From Bacteroidales bacterium (GTDB lineage Bacteria; Bacteroidota; Bacteroidia; Bacteroidales; UBA932), in NCBI GenBank assembly GCA_017519185.1, contig JAFWSX010000006.1:96084-160083 (forward strand): a stretch of 64,000 bases of DNA, read 5' to 3'. The notes beneath the pieces are model-generated. The model saw nothing but the letters and a program-made list of their open reading frames with translations, searched no databases and had not been told where the DNA came from. A program made the position numbers and the translations under genes. Shown in pieces: positions 53,068-63,562 of this stretch. How positions within the stretch are numbered: the first letter of the stretch is position 1; every line of letters starts with the position of its first letter.

Positions 53068-54417
53068 ATGAACAGACGAGAATTTCTCAAGACTGCCGGT
53101 TTTGCAGCAGCTGGAATGGTTGCGAGCACTCACGGCATGAGCGCGAAAAGCTACAGTCGCATAATGGGTGCCAACGACAGGGTAAATGTCGCCGTGGTCG
53201 GCTACTCAGACCGTTTCAGAGGATCCCTTCTTCCTGCATTCCAGGCCAACTGCCAGAAGCAGAATTTCGACATCATCGGTGTGTCGGATCTTTGGAGGCT
53301 CCGCAGGGAAGATGCTAAGTCCAACCTGGAAACGAAGTTCGGCCACAACATCAGGACTTATGTGAACAACGACCAGATGTATGAAGACAAGGACATTGAT
53401 GCAGTCATCATATCTACAGCCGATTTCCAGCACGCGCGGCACGCAGCCGAGGCTGCCCAGAACGGCAAGGATGCTTATGTCGAGAAACCGTTCGCCGAGA
53501 CTATGGAAGACGCCCGATATGCCAAAGCTGCCATCGAAAAGGCAGGCACCATCGTGCAGATCGGTTCTCAGCGCCGCAGCGCTCCCAACTACCACGCAGC
53601 TAACGATTTTCTGCGTTCAGGCAAGTTCGGCGACATAGTAATGGTTGAAATGACCTGGAATGTCAACCAGCCCGGCCGCTGGCGCCGTCCCACCACCGTT
53701 CCTCTTCTCAAGAAGGAAGACACAGACTGGAACCGTTTCCTTCTGAACCGTCCCCGTCAGGCTTTCGACCCTCGCAAGTATCTTGAGTTCCGTTTGTTCT
53801 GGCCGTTCTCATCGGGTATCCCCGGTCAGTGGATGGCTCACCAGATCGATACAGTCCACTGGTTCACAGGCTACAACTATCCCCGCAGCGTGGCTGCCAA
53901 CGGCGGCATCTACCTCTGGAAGGATGGCCGTACCAACTACGATACGATGACTGCAGTGCTTGACTACGGTCCTGCAGACGATCCTTCAAAGGGTTTCCAG
54001 GTAGTCTACTCTTCTCGCTTTACCAACGCTGCCGGCGGCACCAAGGAGATTTACTACTCCAACGGTGGTGAGCTCAACCTCGACACCAATATGGTAACTT
54101 CAAACGGATATCTGACTGCCCGTGAGGCAAGGACAATGGGCATGGAGGAGTTCAAGCTTGATACGTTCTCACTGTCTGAAGGCATAAAAGTTTCAACGGA
54201 TGCCAACACTGGCGGAGATCCTATGACTACAGCCCATATGCTCAACTGGATGGAGTGTGTCCGCAGCCGCAAGCAGCCTAATGCCAACTATATGGCAGGC
54301 TACAACCATTCGATTGCCTGCATTATGGTAACCGCAGCCCTGCGAACTCACGAATATACTGTCTTCGACCCCGCCACTCAGGAAGTGATGGCCGGAGGAA
54401 AGGTATTCCAATACTGA
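53068..54417 (+). CDS. Tat-exported Gfo/Idh/MocA-family NAD(P)-dependent oxidoreductase
   Basis: Twin-arginine signal [20 protein letters not shown], a Rossmann N-terminus [10 protein letters not shown], and the EKP motif (DAYVEKPFA). Confidence 0.9.
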   Translation: MNRREFLKTAGFAAAGMVASTHGMSAKSYSRIMGANDRVNVAVVGYSDRFRGSLLPAFQANCQKQNFDIIGVSDLWRLRREDAKSNLETKFGHNIRTYVNNDQMYEDKDIDAVIISTADFQHARHAAEAAQNGKDAYVEKPFAETMEDARYAKAAIEKAGTIVQIGSQRRSAPNYHAANDFLRSGKFGDIVMVEMTWNVNQPGRWRRPTTVPLLKKEDTDWNRFLLNRPRQAFDPRKYLEFRLFWPFSSGIPGQWMAHQIDTVHWFTGYNYPRSVAANGGIYLWKDGRTNYDTMTAVLDYGPADDPSKGFQVVYSSRFTNAAGGTKEIYYSNGGELNLDTNMVTSNGYLTAREARTMGMEEFKLDTFSLSEGIKVSTDANTGGDPMTTAHMLNWMECVRSRKQPNANYMAGYNHSIACIMVTAALRTHEYTVFDPATQEVMAGGKVFQY

Positions 54418-54422
54418 CAGCC

Positions 54423-55442
54423 GTGAAACGATTGCTTATTTTGCTGCCATTGCTGACCCTGCTGGCTTGCAGTGATGGAGGAAAGGCCGATGTTGCCTTT
54501 GTCCGCGATGATGCCGCCAGGAAGGTGGACATCACCATAGACGGGGAGTATTTCACCTCGTACATTTACCCGGTGGATATGGAGAAGCCGGTTCTATGGC
54601 CTATTGTCACGGCTTCAGGGAAAGATATTACCCGAGGCTTCCCGTTCGCTCCCAGAGCCTTCGAGAGTACGGACCATCCGCACCAGGTGGGTCTGTGGTT
54701 CAATTTCGGGAATGTCAACGGGCTAGACTTCTGGAACAACTCATACGCTATCCCGGCTTCACGCAAGGCTTCTTACGGCTCGGTCGTCTTTGACCGGATA
54801 GTTTCTGCAGGCGACGGCCGTCTGGTCACCCTGTCAAACTGGGTCGACTACGAAGGCAATGTGCTTATGACAGAAGAGACTACTTTCGTTTTCGACGGTA
54901 CGAAGGACGAACGTTCTATCGTCAGGACTGCCAGGCTCACTGCAGTGGATCCGGTCGTTTTCAACGAGAGCAAGGAAGGAATGCTTGGCCTCCGTGTCGA
55001 CAGAGCTTTCCAGAAACCCTCTGACAAGCCTGAAAAGTATACTGACGCCAACGGCATAGTGACGGAAGTCGCTACTGTCAACAACGAAGGTGTATGTGGT
55101 GAGTACGTAAACAGTCTCGGTGACAGGGGAGACGATGTTTGGTCGAAACGTGCCGAGTGGACAATGCTCAACGGCACGAAAGACGGTGATGACATATCCA
55201 TCCTGATTATCGATTCCAAGTACAACCCCAACTTCCCTGCCTGGTCCCACGCACGGGGCTATGGTCTGTTTGCAGTCAACAATATGGGCGGCCGCGAGTT
55301 CGACCGTTCACTTCCGGAAGCGGCAGAGTACAGGTTGCAACCCGGTGAAAGGGTTAACTTCATCTATAAGATCATAATCAAGGACCACGGCTTTTTCACA
55401 AGTCAGGAAGCTGAAGCCCGTGCAAGGGAATTCAACAGGTAA
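54423..55442 (+). CDS. PmoA-like / DUF6807-family lipoprotein
   Basis: GTG start. Lipobox LLTLLACS. The central motif [24 protein letters not shown] matches my recollection of the PmoA-family (PF14100-like) proteins that accompany Gfo/Idh/MocA genes. Confidence 0.75.
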   Translation: MKRLLILLPLLTLLACSDGGKADVAFVRDDAARKVDITIDGEYFTSYIYPVDMEKPVLWPIVTASGKDITRGFPFAPRAFESTDHPHQVGLWFNFGNVNGLDFWNNSYAIPASRKASYGSVVFDRIVSAGDGRLVTLSNWVDYEGNVLMTEETTFVFDGTKDERSIVRTARLTAVDPVVFNESKEGMLGLRVDRAFQKPSDKPEKYTDANGIVTEVATVNNEGVCGEYVNSLGDRGDDVWSKRAEWTMLNGTKDGDDISILIIDSKYNPNFPAWSHARGYGLFAVNNMGGREFDRSLPEAAEYRLQPGERVNFIYKIIIKDHGFFTSQEAEARAREFNR

Positions 55443-55446
55443 ATAC

Positions 55447-55454
55447 TATATTTG
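55447..55454 (+). promoter_or_regulatory. -7 box TATATTTG before the HU-like gene
   Basis: Matches TAnnTTTG, 6 nt upstream of ATG 55461. Confidence 0.35.
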
Positions 55455-55460
55455 TAGGCT

Positions 55461-56246
55461 ATGAAAGACGTGGACATCTTTGCCGCCTGCCTCAAGGAGC
55501 TGCTGCTGGAGAACGACACCGTGACCGTTCCCGGCCTCGGCAGCTTCATTACACGGCTTATGCCCGCTTCTTTTTCAGACCGTGGCCGCACCATCAACCC
55601 TCCCTACAGGAAACTGTCTTTCCGCGCCTCGGAACTTGGCGATGCGGATGTCTTTACTGACTGCCTTGCTACCCGTCTGGCCGAGGGCAGCGACCCGGCA
55701 GCCTGGCTGCAGTCCTTTGTCAAGGAGTTCAAGGAAGAACTGGAGAAAACCAAACGCGTTGACCTTGCATCCCTCGGGGCTATGAGGGCTACAGCGCAGA
55801 ACGACTATTTCTTCGTTGCTTCTGACGACCTTGACATCTATCCCGAAGGACTGGGACTCGAGGCCGTGACCATCAAGTCCAGCCAGCCGATGGAGGAAGA
55901 ACCGGTTACTGAGCCGGAGTCTGAGGCCGAACAGGATACTGAAGCAGAACCGGAACCGGAACCCAAGACCGAGCCGGCGCCTGCTCCCGCTGCGGAATCT
56001 ATACACGCACCAGTCCCTGAGGCGCAGCCTGCATCCCAGCCTGTTCAGACTGCCGAGGCTCCCGCTGAAAAGCCCCGCCGCAAGCTGCAATGGTGGGCCA
56101 TCGCGCTCATTGTCCTCGCAGCCGTCATTCTGCTCCTGATACTGTCTGTGATTTTCAAGGACATACTTCCCTGGGGAGAAGCAGTCGACAACTTCATAAA
56201 CCACCTTCTCTATTCCGAGGAGGAACTCCGTATCCTTAATTCCTGA
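55461..56246 (+). CDS. HU-CCDC81-like (bacterial HU-fold) domain protein with acidic Pro/Glu-rich linker and C-terminal TM helix
   Basis: The N-terminus LLLENDTVTVPGLGSFITR...RTINPPYRKLSFR matches the HU_CCDC81_bac pattern. A P/E-rich low-complexity region follows, then the TM helix WWAIALIVLAAVILLLILSVIF. Confidence 0.7.
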   Translation: MKDVDIFAACLKELLLENDTVTVPGLGSFITRLMPASFSDRGRTINPPYRKLSFRASELGDADVFTDCLATRLAEGSDPAAWLQSFVKEFKEELEKTKRVDLASLGAMRATAQNDYFFVASDDLDIYPEGLGLEAVTIKSSQPMEEEPVTEPESEAEQDTEAEPEPEPKTEPAPAPAAESIHAPVPEAQPASQPVQTAEAPAEKPRRKLQWWAIALIVLAAVILLLILSVIFKDILPWGEAVDNFINHLLYSEEELRILNS

Positions 56247-56250
56247 CGCA

Positions 56251-58278
56251 ATGATTGACAGGGCTACGGTCGACAGGATTCTCGACGCCACGCGCATCGA
56301 AGAGGTGATAGGGGATTTCGTTTCCCTGAAGCGGCGCGGTGCGAACTATCTCGGCCTCTGTCCGTTCCACCAGGACAAGAACCCTTCCCTCAGCGTGTCT
56401 TCGACGAAGCAGATATTCAAATGTTTCGCCTGCGGCAAGGCAGGAACTGCGGTCTCATTCATTATGGAGCACGAGAAGCTCTCATACCCTGAAGCCCTCA
56501 AGTACCTTGCTAAGAAATATGGCATTGAAGTAGTCGAGAAGGAGCAGACTCCGGAGGAAATAGCAGCCCGTCTGAAAGGAGAGAGTCTGCTAATAGTCAA
56601 CGAATATGCCCAAAAGCACTACCAGCAGCTGCTGTGGGATGCTGCCCGCACCCATCTTGTAGGCCTCAGCTATTTCAAGGAACGCAAGTTTACCGATGAA
56701 ACAATCAGAAAGTTCGGGCTGGGTTTCGCTCCTGCAGGAGGCAAGTCCTTTGCGGCTACCGCACTGGAGGAAGGTTACAAGGAAGAATATCTTGTCGACA
56801 GCGGACTCTGCATAAAACGTGACGACGGTTCGTTGAGCGACCGTTTCTATGACCGCGTGATGTTTCCCATCCATTCGCTGAGCGGCCGTGTCATAGCTTT
56901 CGGAGGCCGTATCCTGACCAGCGACAAGAGCAAGGCGAAGTACATCAACTCACCGGAGACGGAAGTGTATGTGAAAAACCGCTCCCTCTACGGCATTTAT
57001 TTCGCCAAGTCAGCTATAGCCAACAAAGACTGCTGCCTTCTGGTGGAGGGATATACAGATGTGATCTCGATGCATCAGGCTGGCATTGAGAATGTGGTCG
57101 CCTCTTCCGGCACATCCCTGACCGTTGGCCAGATATCTCTGATAAAGCGATTCACCGACAAGATAATAGTCATCTACGACGGTGATGCAGCCGGCATCAA
57201 GGCTTCCATCCGCGGAATCGACATGATCCTTCAGCAGGGTATGAAGGTGGAGGTTGTTCTTCTGCCGCCAGAGGACGATCCGGATTCCTTTGCCAAGGCT
57301 CATACCCGCGAGGAGATAGAAGAGTTCATAGCATCGAACAAGTGCGACTTCATCACCTTCAAGACAAATCTCCTCCTCAAGGAAATTGACAACGACCCGT
57401 ACAGAAGGTCGCAACTCATAAACGACATCATCGAATCCGTGTCGATGATTCCCGACCAGATTGAACGCAACGTCTACGTCGGCCAGGTAGCCACACGTTT
57501 TGACATAAAGGAAGACTCGATATTCCAGAAGATAAGGCAGCTGCGTACGAGGAGGAATTCGCAGGAACAGGCCCGGAACCGTGTGATGAATTCCGGCCCT
57601 GCAGTATCGCTTCCGGGCGAATATGAGCCCGTCCCGGCTGGATATGAAGACAGTCAACCGGTCGAAACTGTCGAGACCGCTCCTCAGCCGCTCACAGACG
57701 CTTTCCTTGCCGTCAACGAGAAGGAAATAGTCTATTATCTTCTCAAGTTCGGAGAATATCCGCTCTATACAGACAACAGTCTGCATTATGGCAGGAATAT
57801 CAGAGTCGCTGATGTCCCCACTGTCGCCGGGTACATACGCAAGTCTCTTGAAGAGGATGACCTGCAGTTCGAGAATCCGGTCTACAGAAAGATATATGAC
57901 GAGTATTTCTCAAGACCCCGCGAAGAGGACGAGGACTGTGAGGTCGCGCAGGGAAAGATAATCCGTTTCTTCTCCACACACCCGGACCAGAATGTCAGTG
58001 CGACAATGATGGATGTCATATGCGACAACTATCCCATCACTGTCAAGGTCTACCGCGACTCACTCACGCCGGAAGAGCAGATGCTCGGCAAGAATGTCCC
58101 CCGCGCTGTCATCGCCTACCGCATCAAGGTCATTGACCGCCTGTGCGCGGCCACCGTCAAGGAGGTGGACGCCGCCTTCAAGAGAGGAGACGGAGAATCG
58201 TGCAAGGAGAAGATGCGCTTCCTGTCGGCTCTGAATACTGTTAAAAATAATCTTACCAAAGAATTGAATAGGCTGTAA
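56251..58278 (+). CDS. dnaG: DNA primase
   Basis: Zinc finger CPFHQDKNPSLSVS...FKCFACGKAG, the RNA-polymerase core, and Toprim EGYTDVISMHQAG...DGDAAG. Confidence 0.95.
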   Translation: MIDRATVDRILDATRIEEVIGDFVSLKRRGANYLGLCPFHQDKNPSLSVSSTKQIFKCFACGKAGTAVSFIMEHEKLSYPEALKYLAKKYGIEVVEKEQTPEEIAARLKGESLLIVNEYAQKHYQQLLWDAARTHLVGLSYFKERKFTDETIRKFGLGFAPAGGKSFAATALEEGYKEEYLVDSGLCIKRDDGSLSDRFYDRVMFPIHSLSGRVIAFGGRILTSDKSKAKYINSPETEVYVKNRSLYGIYFAKSAIANKDCCLLVEGYTDVISMHQAGIENVVASSGTSLTVGQISLIKRFTDKIIVIYDGDAAGIKASIRGIDMILQQGMKVEVVLLPPEDDPDSFAKAHTREEIEEFIASNKCDFITFKTNLLLKEIDNDPYRRSQLINDIIESVSMIPDQIERNVYVGQVATRFDIKEDSIFQKIRQLRTRRNSQEQARNRVMNSGPAVSLPGEYEPVPAGYEDSQPVETVETAPQPLTDAFLAVNEKEIVYYLLKFGEYPLYTDNSLHYGRNIRVADVPTVAGYIRKSLEEDDLQFENPVYRKIYDEYFSRPREEDEDCEVAQGKIIRFFSTHPDQNVSATMMDVICDNYPITVKVYRDSLTPEEQMLGKNVPRAVIAYRIKVIDRLCAATVKEVDAAFKRGDGESCKEKMRFLSALNTVKNNLTKELNRL

Positions 58279-58283
58279 TTTAC

Positions 58284-58291
58284 TACATTTG
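58284..58291 (+). promoter_or_regulatory. -7 box TACATTTG for metG
   Basis: Matches TAnnTTTG, 28 nt upstream of ATG 58320. Confidence 0.5.
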
Positions 58292-58319
58292 CACACTTCA
58301 AACCAATAAAAACTGAATT

Positions 58320-60380
58320 ATGAGCGATTACAAAAGGATTCTCGTCACAAGCGCGCTGCCGTATGCAAACGGCCCTGTACATATCGGACACCTTGCAGGA
58401 GTGTATGTTCCTGCAGACATATATGTTAGGTATCAGCGAATGCGCGGCCGCGAGGTCCTGTTCGTGTGCGGTTCAGACGAGCACGGCGTGCCCGTTACCC
58501 AGCGTGCCCGCAAAGAGGGCATAACCCCTCAGCAGGTCGTAGACCGCTACCACTCGCTCATCAAGAAGTCTTTCGAAGATTTCGGCATCGGTTTCGACAT
58601 CTATTCACGCACTACTTCGGCCACTCACCACGAGTTTGCCTCTCAATTTTTCCGCAAGCTTTATGACGACGGGAAGCTGATAGAGCGCACGAGCAAGCAG
58701 TATTATGACGAGGAGGTTCAGGAATTCCTGACAGACCGCGATATCGTCGGAGAATGTCCCCACTGCGGAAACCCGGATGCTTACGGCAACCAGTGCGAGA
58801 AATGCGGTCGCGACCTTTCTCCCGAAGAGCTGATCAATCCCAGGAGCAAACGCAGCAAGTCGACACCTGTCCTGCGCGAGACAAAGAACTGGTATCTTCC
58901 CCTCAACGAGTACGAACCGTGGCTTCGCGAATGGATTCTGGAGCAACATAAGGAATGGCGTCCGAATGTCTACGGTCAGTGCAAGAGCTGGCTCGACTCA
59001 GGGCTGCAGCCCCGCGCGATGACCCGCGACCTTGACTGGGGCATTCCGGTTCCGGTGGAAGGTGCCGAAGGCAAGGTGTTGTATGTGTGGTTCGATGCGC
59101 CGATAGGATATATTTCCAATACCAAGGAATTGTGTGAGCGGGAACCCGGCAAGTGGGGCGAATGGCAGAAATGGTGGCAGGACGAAGAGACAAAGCTCGT
59201 GCATTTCATCGGCAAGGACAACATCGTGTTCCACTGCATCATCTTCCCCTCTATGATGAAGGCCCACGGTCAATATATTATGCCTGACAATGTTCCTGCC
59301 AACGAGTTCCTGAACCTTGAGAACGACAAGATATCGACATCCAAGAACTGGGCTGTATGGCTGAACGAATATCTCGAGGATTTCCCCGGAATGCAGGATG
59401 TGCTGCGCTACGTGCTTACAGCAAATGCACCCGAGACGAAGGACAACGACTTTACCTGGAAAGACTTCCAGGCCCGCAACAACAGCGAGCTGGTGGCCAT
59501 TTACGGTAACTTCGTGAACCGCGCTGTGGTTCTTACCCACAAATATTTCGGCGGCAAGGTTCCGGCCGATGCCAAGCCCGAAGCCATCGATGCCGAGACT
59601 CTGGCCCAGCTTCCCCAGATCAAGGCGGCTATTGAAGATTACATTGAGCACTACAAGTTCCGCGAGGCCTTGAAAGAGGCTATGAACCTGGCCCGCATCG
59701 GCAATAAATACATTTCAGACACAGAGCCCTGGAAGGTTGCCAAGACAGACCTCGACCGCACTGCATCAATACTCTACACTTCGTTGCAGATTTGTGCCAA
59801 TCTGGCGATAGCATTCTCTCCTTTCCTGCCTTTCTCATCAGCCAAGCTTCAGCAGATGCTCTGCCTCGACACCCTGTCCTGGGACCAGCTCGGCAATGCA
59901 GGTATATTGCCGGCAGGCCATCAGATTGCACCTGCGCAGTTGATGTTCGCAAAGATAGAGGATGCGCAGATAGATGCCCAGATTGCCAAACTGCAGGCAT
60001 CCAAGGCTGCCCACGAAGCTGCCGCCAAGGTTTCTGCTCCGGCTCCTGCAAAGGCAGAATGCGTATTCGAGGATTTCGAGAAGATGGACATCCGCACTGC
60101 TACCGTCCTCGAGGCTGAGAAAGTGCCCAATACCGACAAGTTGCTCCATCTCAAGATAGATACAGGCCTTGATGTCCGCGAACTGGTGAGCGGCATCGCC
60201 CAGTATTACACTCCTGAAGAGATGATAGGCAAGCAGATCTGCATCCTTGCCAATCTCAAGCCCCGCAAAATCAAAGGCATCGTTTCCCAGGGAATGATCC
60301 TGATGGCCCAGCAGCCGGACGGCAAGATGAGGGTTGTAAGTCCGGAAGAAAGGCTCGACAACGGTGCGACGATAGGATAG
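58320..60380 (+). CDS. metG: Methionine--tRNA ligase (with C-terminal tRNA-binding EMAP/Trbp111-like domain)
   Basis: [14 protein letters not shown] (HIGH), the Zn knuckle CPHCGN...CEKCG, KISTSKN (KMSKS), and a C-terminal OB-fold ...[25 protein letters not shown]. Confidence 0.96.
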   Translation: MSDYKRILVTSALPYANGPVHIGHLAGVYVPADIYVRYQRMRGREVLFVCGSDEHGVPVTQRARKEGITPQQVVDRYHSLIKKSFEDFGIGFDIYSRTTSATHHEFASQFFRKLYDDGKLIERTSKQYYDEEVQEFLTDRDIVGECPHCGNPDAYGNQCEKCGRDLSPEELINPRSKRSKSTPVLRETKNWYLPLNEYEPWLREWILEQHKEWRPNVYGQCKSWLDSGLQPRAMTRDLDWGIPVPVEGAEGKVLYVWFDAPIGYISNTKELCEREPGKWGEWQKWWQDEETKLVHFIGKDNIVFHCIIFPSMMKAHGQYIMPDNVPANEFLNLENDKISTSKNWAVWLNEYLEDFPGMQDVLRYVLTANAPETKDNDFTWKDFQARNNSELVAIYGNFVNRAVVLTHKYFGGKVPADAKPEAIDAETLAQLPQIKAAIEDYIEHYKFREALKEAMNLARIGNKYISDTEPWKVAKTDLDRTASILYTSLQICANLAIAFSPFLPFSSAKLQQMLCLDTLSWDQLGNAGILPAGHQIAPAQLMFAKIEDAQIDAQIAKLQASKAAHEAAAKVSAPAPAKAECVFEDFEKMDIRTATVLEAEKVPNTDKLLHLKIDTGLDVRELVSGIAQYYTPEEMIGKQICILANLKPRKIKGIVSQGMILMAQQPDGKMRVVSPEERLDNGATIG

Positions 60381-60393
60381 CGGGGGAGTTCCG

Positions 60394-60843
60394 ATGACCG
60401 AGGAGCAGATCTATAACCGGATGATGGCACTCTGCAGCCGCCGCGAATATTGCAGGAGCGACATAGCGGCCAAGATTGCAGCGCTGTCGGACAGTGTGGA
60501 TGCTGACTCGATGATCTGCAAACTCTGCGAAGAAAGGTTTATAGACGAAAGCAGATACGCCGAGGCGTTTGTAAGGGACAAGAGCAGGCTGCAGGGGTGG
60601 GGTGAGATGAAAATACGCTATGCCTTGCAGCGCAAAGGGCTTGACAAGGCAACTATTTCAGAGGCCCTGGAGCAGCTCGACGGAGATGAACAGTTGGAAA
60701 GACTGGCGAAATTTATGAAGGCTAAGGCACAGACACTGAAGTCCGCTACTCCGGAGGAGAAAAGGACAAAACTGATGCGCTTCGCTGTGTCAAGGGGGTT
60801 CACATACGCCCAGGCAGATGAAGTTTGTAAAAAGATACAATAG
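60394..60843 (+). CDS. recX: Regulatory protein RecX
   Basis: 149 aa of three-helix repeats. ALCSRREYCRSDIAAKI...RYAEAFVRDKSRLQGWGEMKIRYALQRKGL is the RecX pattern. Confidence 0.85.
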   Translation: MTEEQIYNRMMALCSRREYCRSDIAAKIAALSDSVDADSMICKLCEERFIDESRYAEAFVRDKSRLQGWGEMKIRYALQRKGLDKATISEALEQLDGDEQLERLAKFMKAKAQTLKSATPEEKRTKLMRFAVSRGFTYAQADEVCKKIQ

Positions 60844-60848
60844 AACAT

Positions 60849-61929
60849 ATGGTTACCTCAGAACAGCTTAAAGACATTAAACAGCGGTTAGAGACGTTGG
60901 GGAGGTGTCTTTGACATCCCTGCCAAACGAAGCGAACTTGCAAGGCAGCAGGAGCTGACGCTGGCTCCCGATTTCTGGAACGATCCCAAGGCGGCAGAAG
61001 TCACTGTAAAGAAGATTTCCGCCATCAAATTCTGGGTTGACGGCTATGCAAAAGCCTCAAGCCTGATGGACGACTGCAACACTCTCGTTGAATTCGGAGA
61101 GGATGCCGCTGCTGACCTGGATGCGGCCTATGCCCAGCTTGCTTCCCAGGTCGAGAGCCTTGAGATGCGCAATATGCTCAGCGCGGAAGGCGACAACCTC
61201 GGAGCCATCCTAAAGATCAATTCGGGTGCAGGCGGCACTGAAGCCAATGACTGGAGCTCGATGCTGATGCGTATGTATATGCGCTGGGGCGAGCGCAACG
61301 GATATAAGGTTGAGGTGAGCGACCTGCTGGAAGGAGATGAGGCTGGCATAAAATCAGTGACCATAGAGTTCGAAGGAGAGTATGCCTACGGCTACCTGAA
61401 AGCAGAAAACGGCGTCCACCGCCTGGTGCGCATCTCTCCCTACAATGCCCAGGGCAAGCGTCAGACCACCTTCTCAAGCGTGTTCGTCTATCCCCTTGTG
61501 GACGACACCATCCAGATAGAGATCAATCCTTCCGACCTGGAATGGGACACATACCGCAGCAGCGGGGCAGGTGGCCAGAATGTCAACAAGGTGGAAACCG
61601 GTGTGCGCGTGAAGCACATACCCACCGGCATCGTGGTGGAGAACACCGAGACCCGCAGCCAGCTTGACAACCGGCAGAATGCGCTGAGGATACTGAAATC
61701 TCATCTGTATGACCTTGAGCTCAAGAAACGCCAGGAGAAGCAGGCGGAGCTCGAAGGGCAGAAAAAGAAAATAGAATGGGGCAGCCAGATCCGCAGCTAT
61801 GTGCTTCATCCCTACAAGATGGTCAAGGATCTGCGCACCGGTTATGAGACTTCCGACACGCAGGGAGTCCTCGACGGAGATCTTAACGACTTTATGAAGG
61901 TCTATCTTATGAGCAACGGAAACAATTAA
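60849..61929 (+). CDS. prfB: Peptide chain release factor 2, expressed through a +1 programmed ribosomal frameshift at CTT TGA C (60909-60915)
   Basis: Frame 0 reads ATG 60849 ...MVTSEQLKDIKQRLETLGRCL then TGA at 60912-60914. The +1 frame continues DIPAKRSELARQQELTLAPDFWNDPK... into the track ORF 61066-61929, which contains SGAGGQNVNKVETGVR (GGQ) and the RF2-type SPY/SPF region. Confidence 0.93.
60899..60915 (+). promoter_or_regulatory. prfB frameshift cassette: internal SD-like GGGGAGG, 3-nt spacer, CTT TGA C
   Basis: GGGGAGG at 60899-60905, TGT spacer, CTT at 60909-60911, TGA at 60912-60914, C at 60915. This is the same architecture as the E. coli prfB autoregulatory site. Confidence 0.9.
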
Positions 61930-61942
61930 AACCTAAAGATAT

Positions 61943-63556
61943 ATGGAATTCAAATATGCACCTATGTTTCAGCTTGGTCCCGATACCACTGAATACTACT
62001 GCCTGACGAAAGACGGTGTGTCTGTCGGCGAGTTCGAGGGACATAAGATATTGAAAGTGGCTCCCGAAGCCCTGGAAATGCTGGCCAATGCGGCCTTCAG
62101 GGACGTTAACTTCCTGCTCCGCCGTGCCCACAACCAGCAGGTGGCTTCAATCCTTTCCGACCCTGAGGCGAGCGACAATGACAAATACGTTGCCCTGACC
62201 TTCCTTCGCAATGCGGAAGTAGCAGCAAAGGGCAAGCTCCCTTTCTGCCAGGACACAGGAACAGCTATCATCCACGGCGAGAAGGGCCAGCAGGTATGGA
62301 CCGGCTTCTGTGACGAAGAGGCTCTTTCTCGCGGCGTCTACAAGACCTACACCGAGGAGAACCTCCGCTACAGCCAGAACGCTCCGCTGAATATGTATGA
62401 CGAAGTCAACACCAAATGCAACCTTCCCGCACAGATCGACATCGAAGCCGCTGAAGGTATGGAATACCGCTTCCTCTGCGTAGTGAAGGGCGGCGGATCT
62501 GCCAACAAGACATATCTCTACCAGGAGACCAAGGCCCGCATTCAGAATCCCGGAACACTGGTTCCTTTCCTCACAGAAAAGATGCGTACTCTGGGAACTG
62601 CTGCCTGCCCTCCTTACCACATCGCATTCGTAATCGGCGGTACTTCTGCCGAGAAGAATCTTCTCACCGTGAAGCTGGCTTCTACCCATTATTATGACGG
62701 CCTGCCTACCACCGGAGATGAGACCGGCCGTGCTTTCCGCGACGTGGAACTGGAGAAGCAGCTCCTTGAGGAGGCACACAAGATAGGTCTCGGTGCCCAG
62801 TTCGGAGGCAAGGCGTTTGCCCACGACATCCGCGTGGTCCGTCTGCCCCGTCACGGTGCAAGCTGCCCCATCGGCCTCGGCGTAAGCTGCTCGGCAGACC
62901 GTAACATCAAGGCCAAGATCAATGCTGACGGTGTATGGATCGAGAAGATGGACGACAAGCCCGGCGAGCTGATTCCCGAGGAGCTCCGCAATGCCGGTGA
63001 AGGCGGCGGCGTTGTGATAGATCTCAACCAGCCGATGTCCGAAATCTGCAAGACCCTCTCCAAGTATCCTGTTTCTACCCGTGTCAGCCTCAACGGTACA
63101 ATCATCGTGGCCCGCGATATCGCTCACGCGAAGCTGAAAGCCCGTCTGGATGCAGGTGAGGACCTTCCTGGCTATTTCAAGAACCATCCCGTGCTCTATG
63201 CAGGTCCCGCCAAGACTCCTGCCGGAATGCCTTGCGGCTCGATGGGCCCGACTACTGCCAACCGTATGGATCCTTACGTTGATGAATTCCAGGATCACGG
63301 CGGCTCAATGGTGATGATTGCCAAGGGCAACAGGACAAAGGCCGTTACCGACGCCTGCAAGAAACACGGCGGATTCTATCTGGGAAGCATCGGAGGCCCT
63401 GCAGCCGTGCTGTCGATGAACTCCATCAAGAGCATCGAGTGCGTGGAATATCCCGAACTCGGTATGGAGGCCATCTGGCGCATCGAAGTCAAGGATTTCC
63501 CTGCCTTCATCCTCGTGGACGACAAAGGCAACGATTTCTTCGCAGGAAAATTATAG
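61943..63556 (+). CDS. Class I (Fe-S) fumarate hydratase
   Basis: 537 aa. It has [11 protein letters not shown], the C-terminal beta-domain GPTTANRMD and GKGNR. It is a single-chain FumA/FumB type. Confidence 0.93.
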   Translation: MEFKYAPMFQLGPDTTEYYCLTKDGVSVGEFEGHKILKVAPEALEMLANAAFRDVNFLLRRAHNQQVASILSDPEASDNDKYVALTFLRNAEVAAKGKLPFCQDTGTAIIHGEKGQQVWTGFCDEEALSRGVYKTYTEENLRYSQNAPLNMYDEVNTKCNLPAQIDIEAAEGMEYRFLCVVKGGGSANKTYLYQETKARIQNPGTLVPFLTEKMRTLGTAACPPYHIAFVIGGTSAEKNLLTVKLASTHYYDGLPTTGDETGRAFRDVELEKQLLEEAHKIGLGAQFGGKAFAHDIRVVRLPRHGASCPIGLGVSCSADRNIKAKINADGVWIEKMDDKPGELIPEELRNAGEGGGVVIDLNQPMSEICKTLSKYPVSTRVSLNGTIIVARDIAHAKLKARLDAGEDLPGYFKNHPVLYAGPAKTPAGMPCGSMGPTTANRMDPYVDEFQDHGGSMVMIAKGNRTKAVTDACKKHGGFYLGSIGGPAAVLSMNSIKSIECVEYPELGMEAIWRIEVKDFPAFILVDDKGNDFFAGKL

Positions 63557-63562
63557 TAAGAA

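Noticed and set aside
55888-56076. GAACCGGAACCGGAACCC-type repetitive DNA
   Set aside because: It encodes the Pro/Glu-rich linker of the HU-like protein. The repeat units are imperfect and in frame, so I treat it as low-complexity coding sequence.
55575-56297. 240-aa minus-strand ORF
   Set aside because: Antisense to the HU-like gene. It is created by the low-complexity Pro/Glu-coding repeat read backwards (Arg/Leu/Gly/Ser-rich).
57010-57786. 258-aa minus-strand ORF
   Set aside because: Antisense to dnaG.
58998-59651. 217-aa minus-strand ORF
   Set aside because: Antisense to metG.
61066-61929. Track ORF suggesting RF2 starts at Met 61066
   Set aside because: This is an internal Met. The N-terminal ~70 residues of RF2 are encoded upstream and joined by the +1 frameshift at 60909-60915.
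62147-63298. 383-aa minus-strand ORF, the longest unexplained ORF on the track
   Set aside because: It is fully antisense to the class I fumarate hydratase, which has clear family motifs. The composition is a typical shadow frame (Ala/Gly/Leu/Val/Arg-rich) with no start-site signals.
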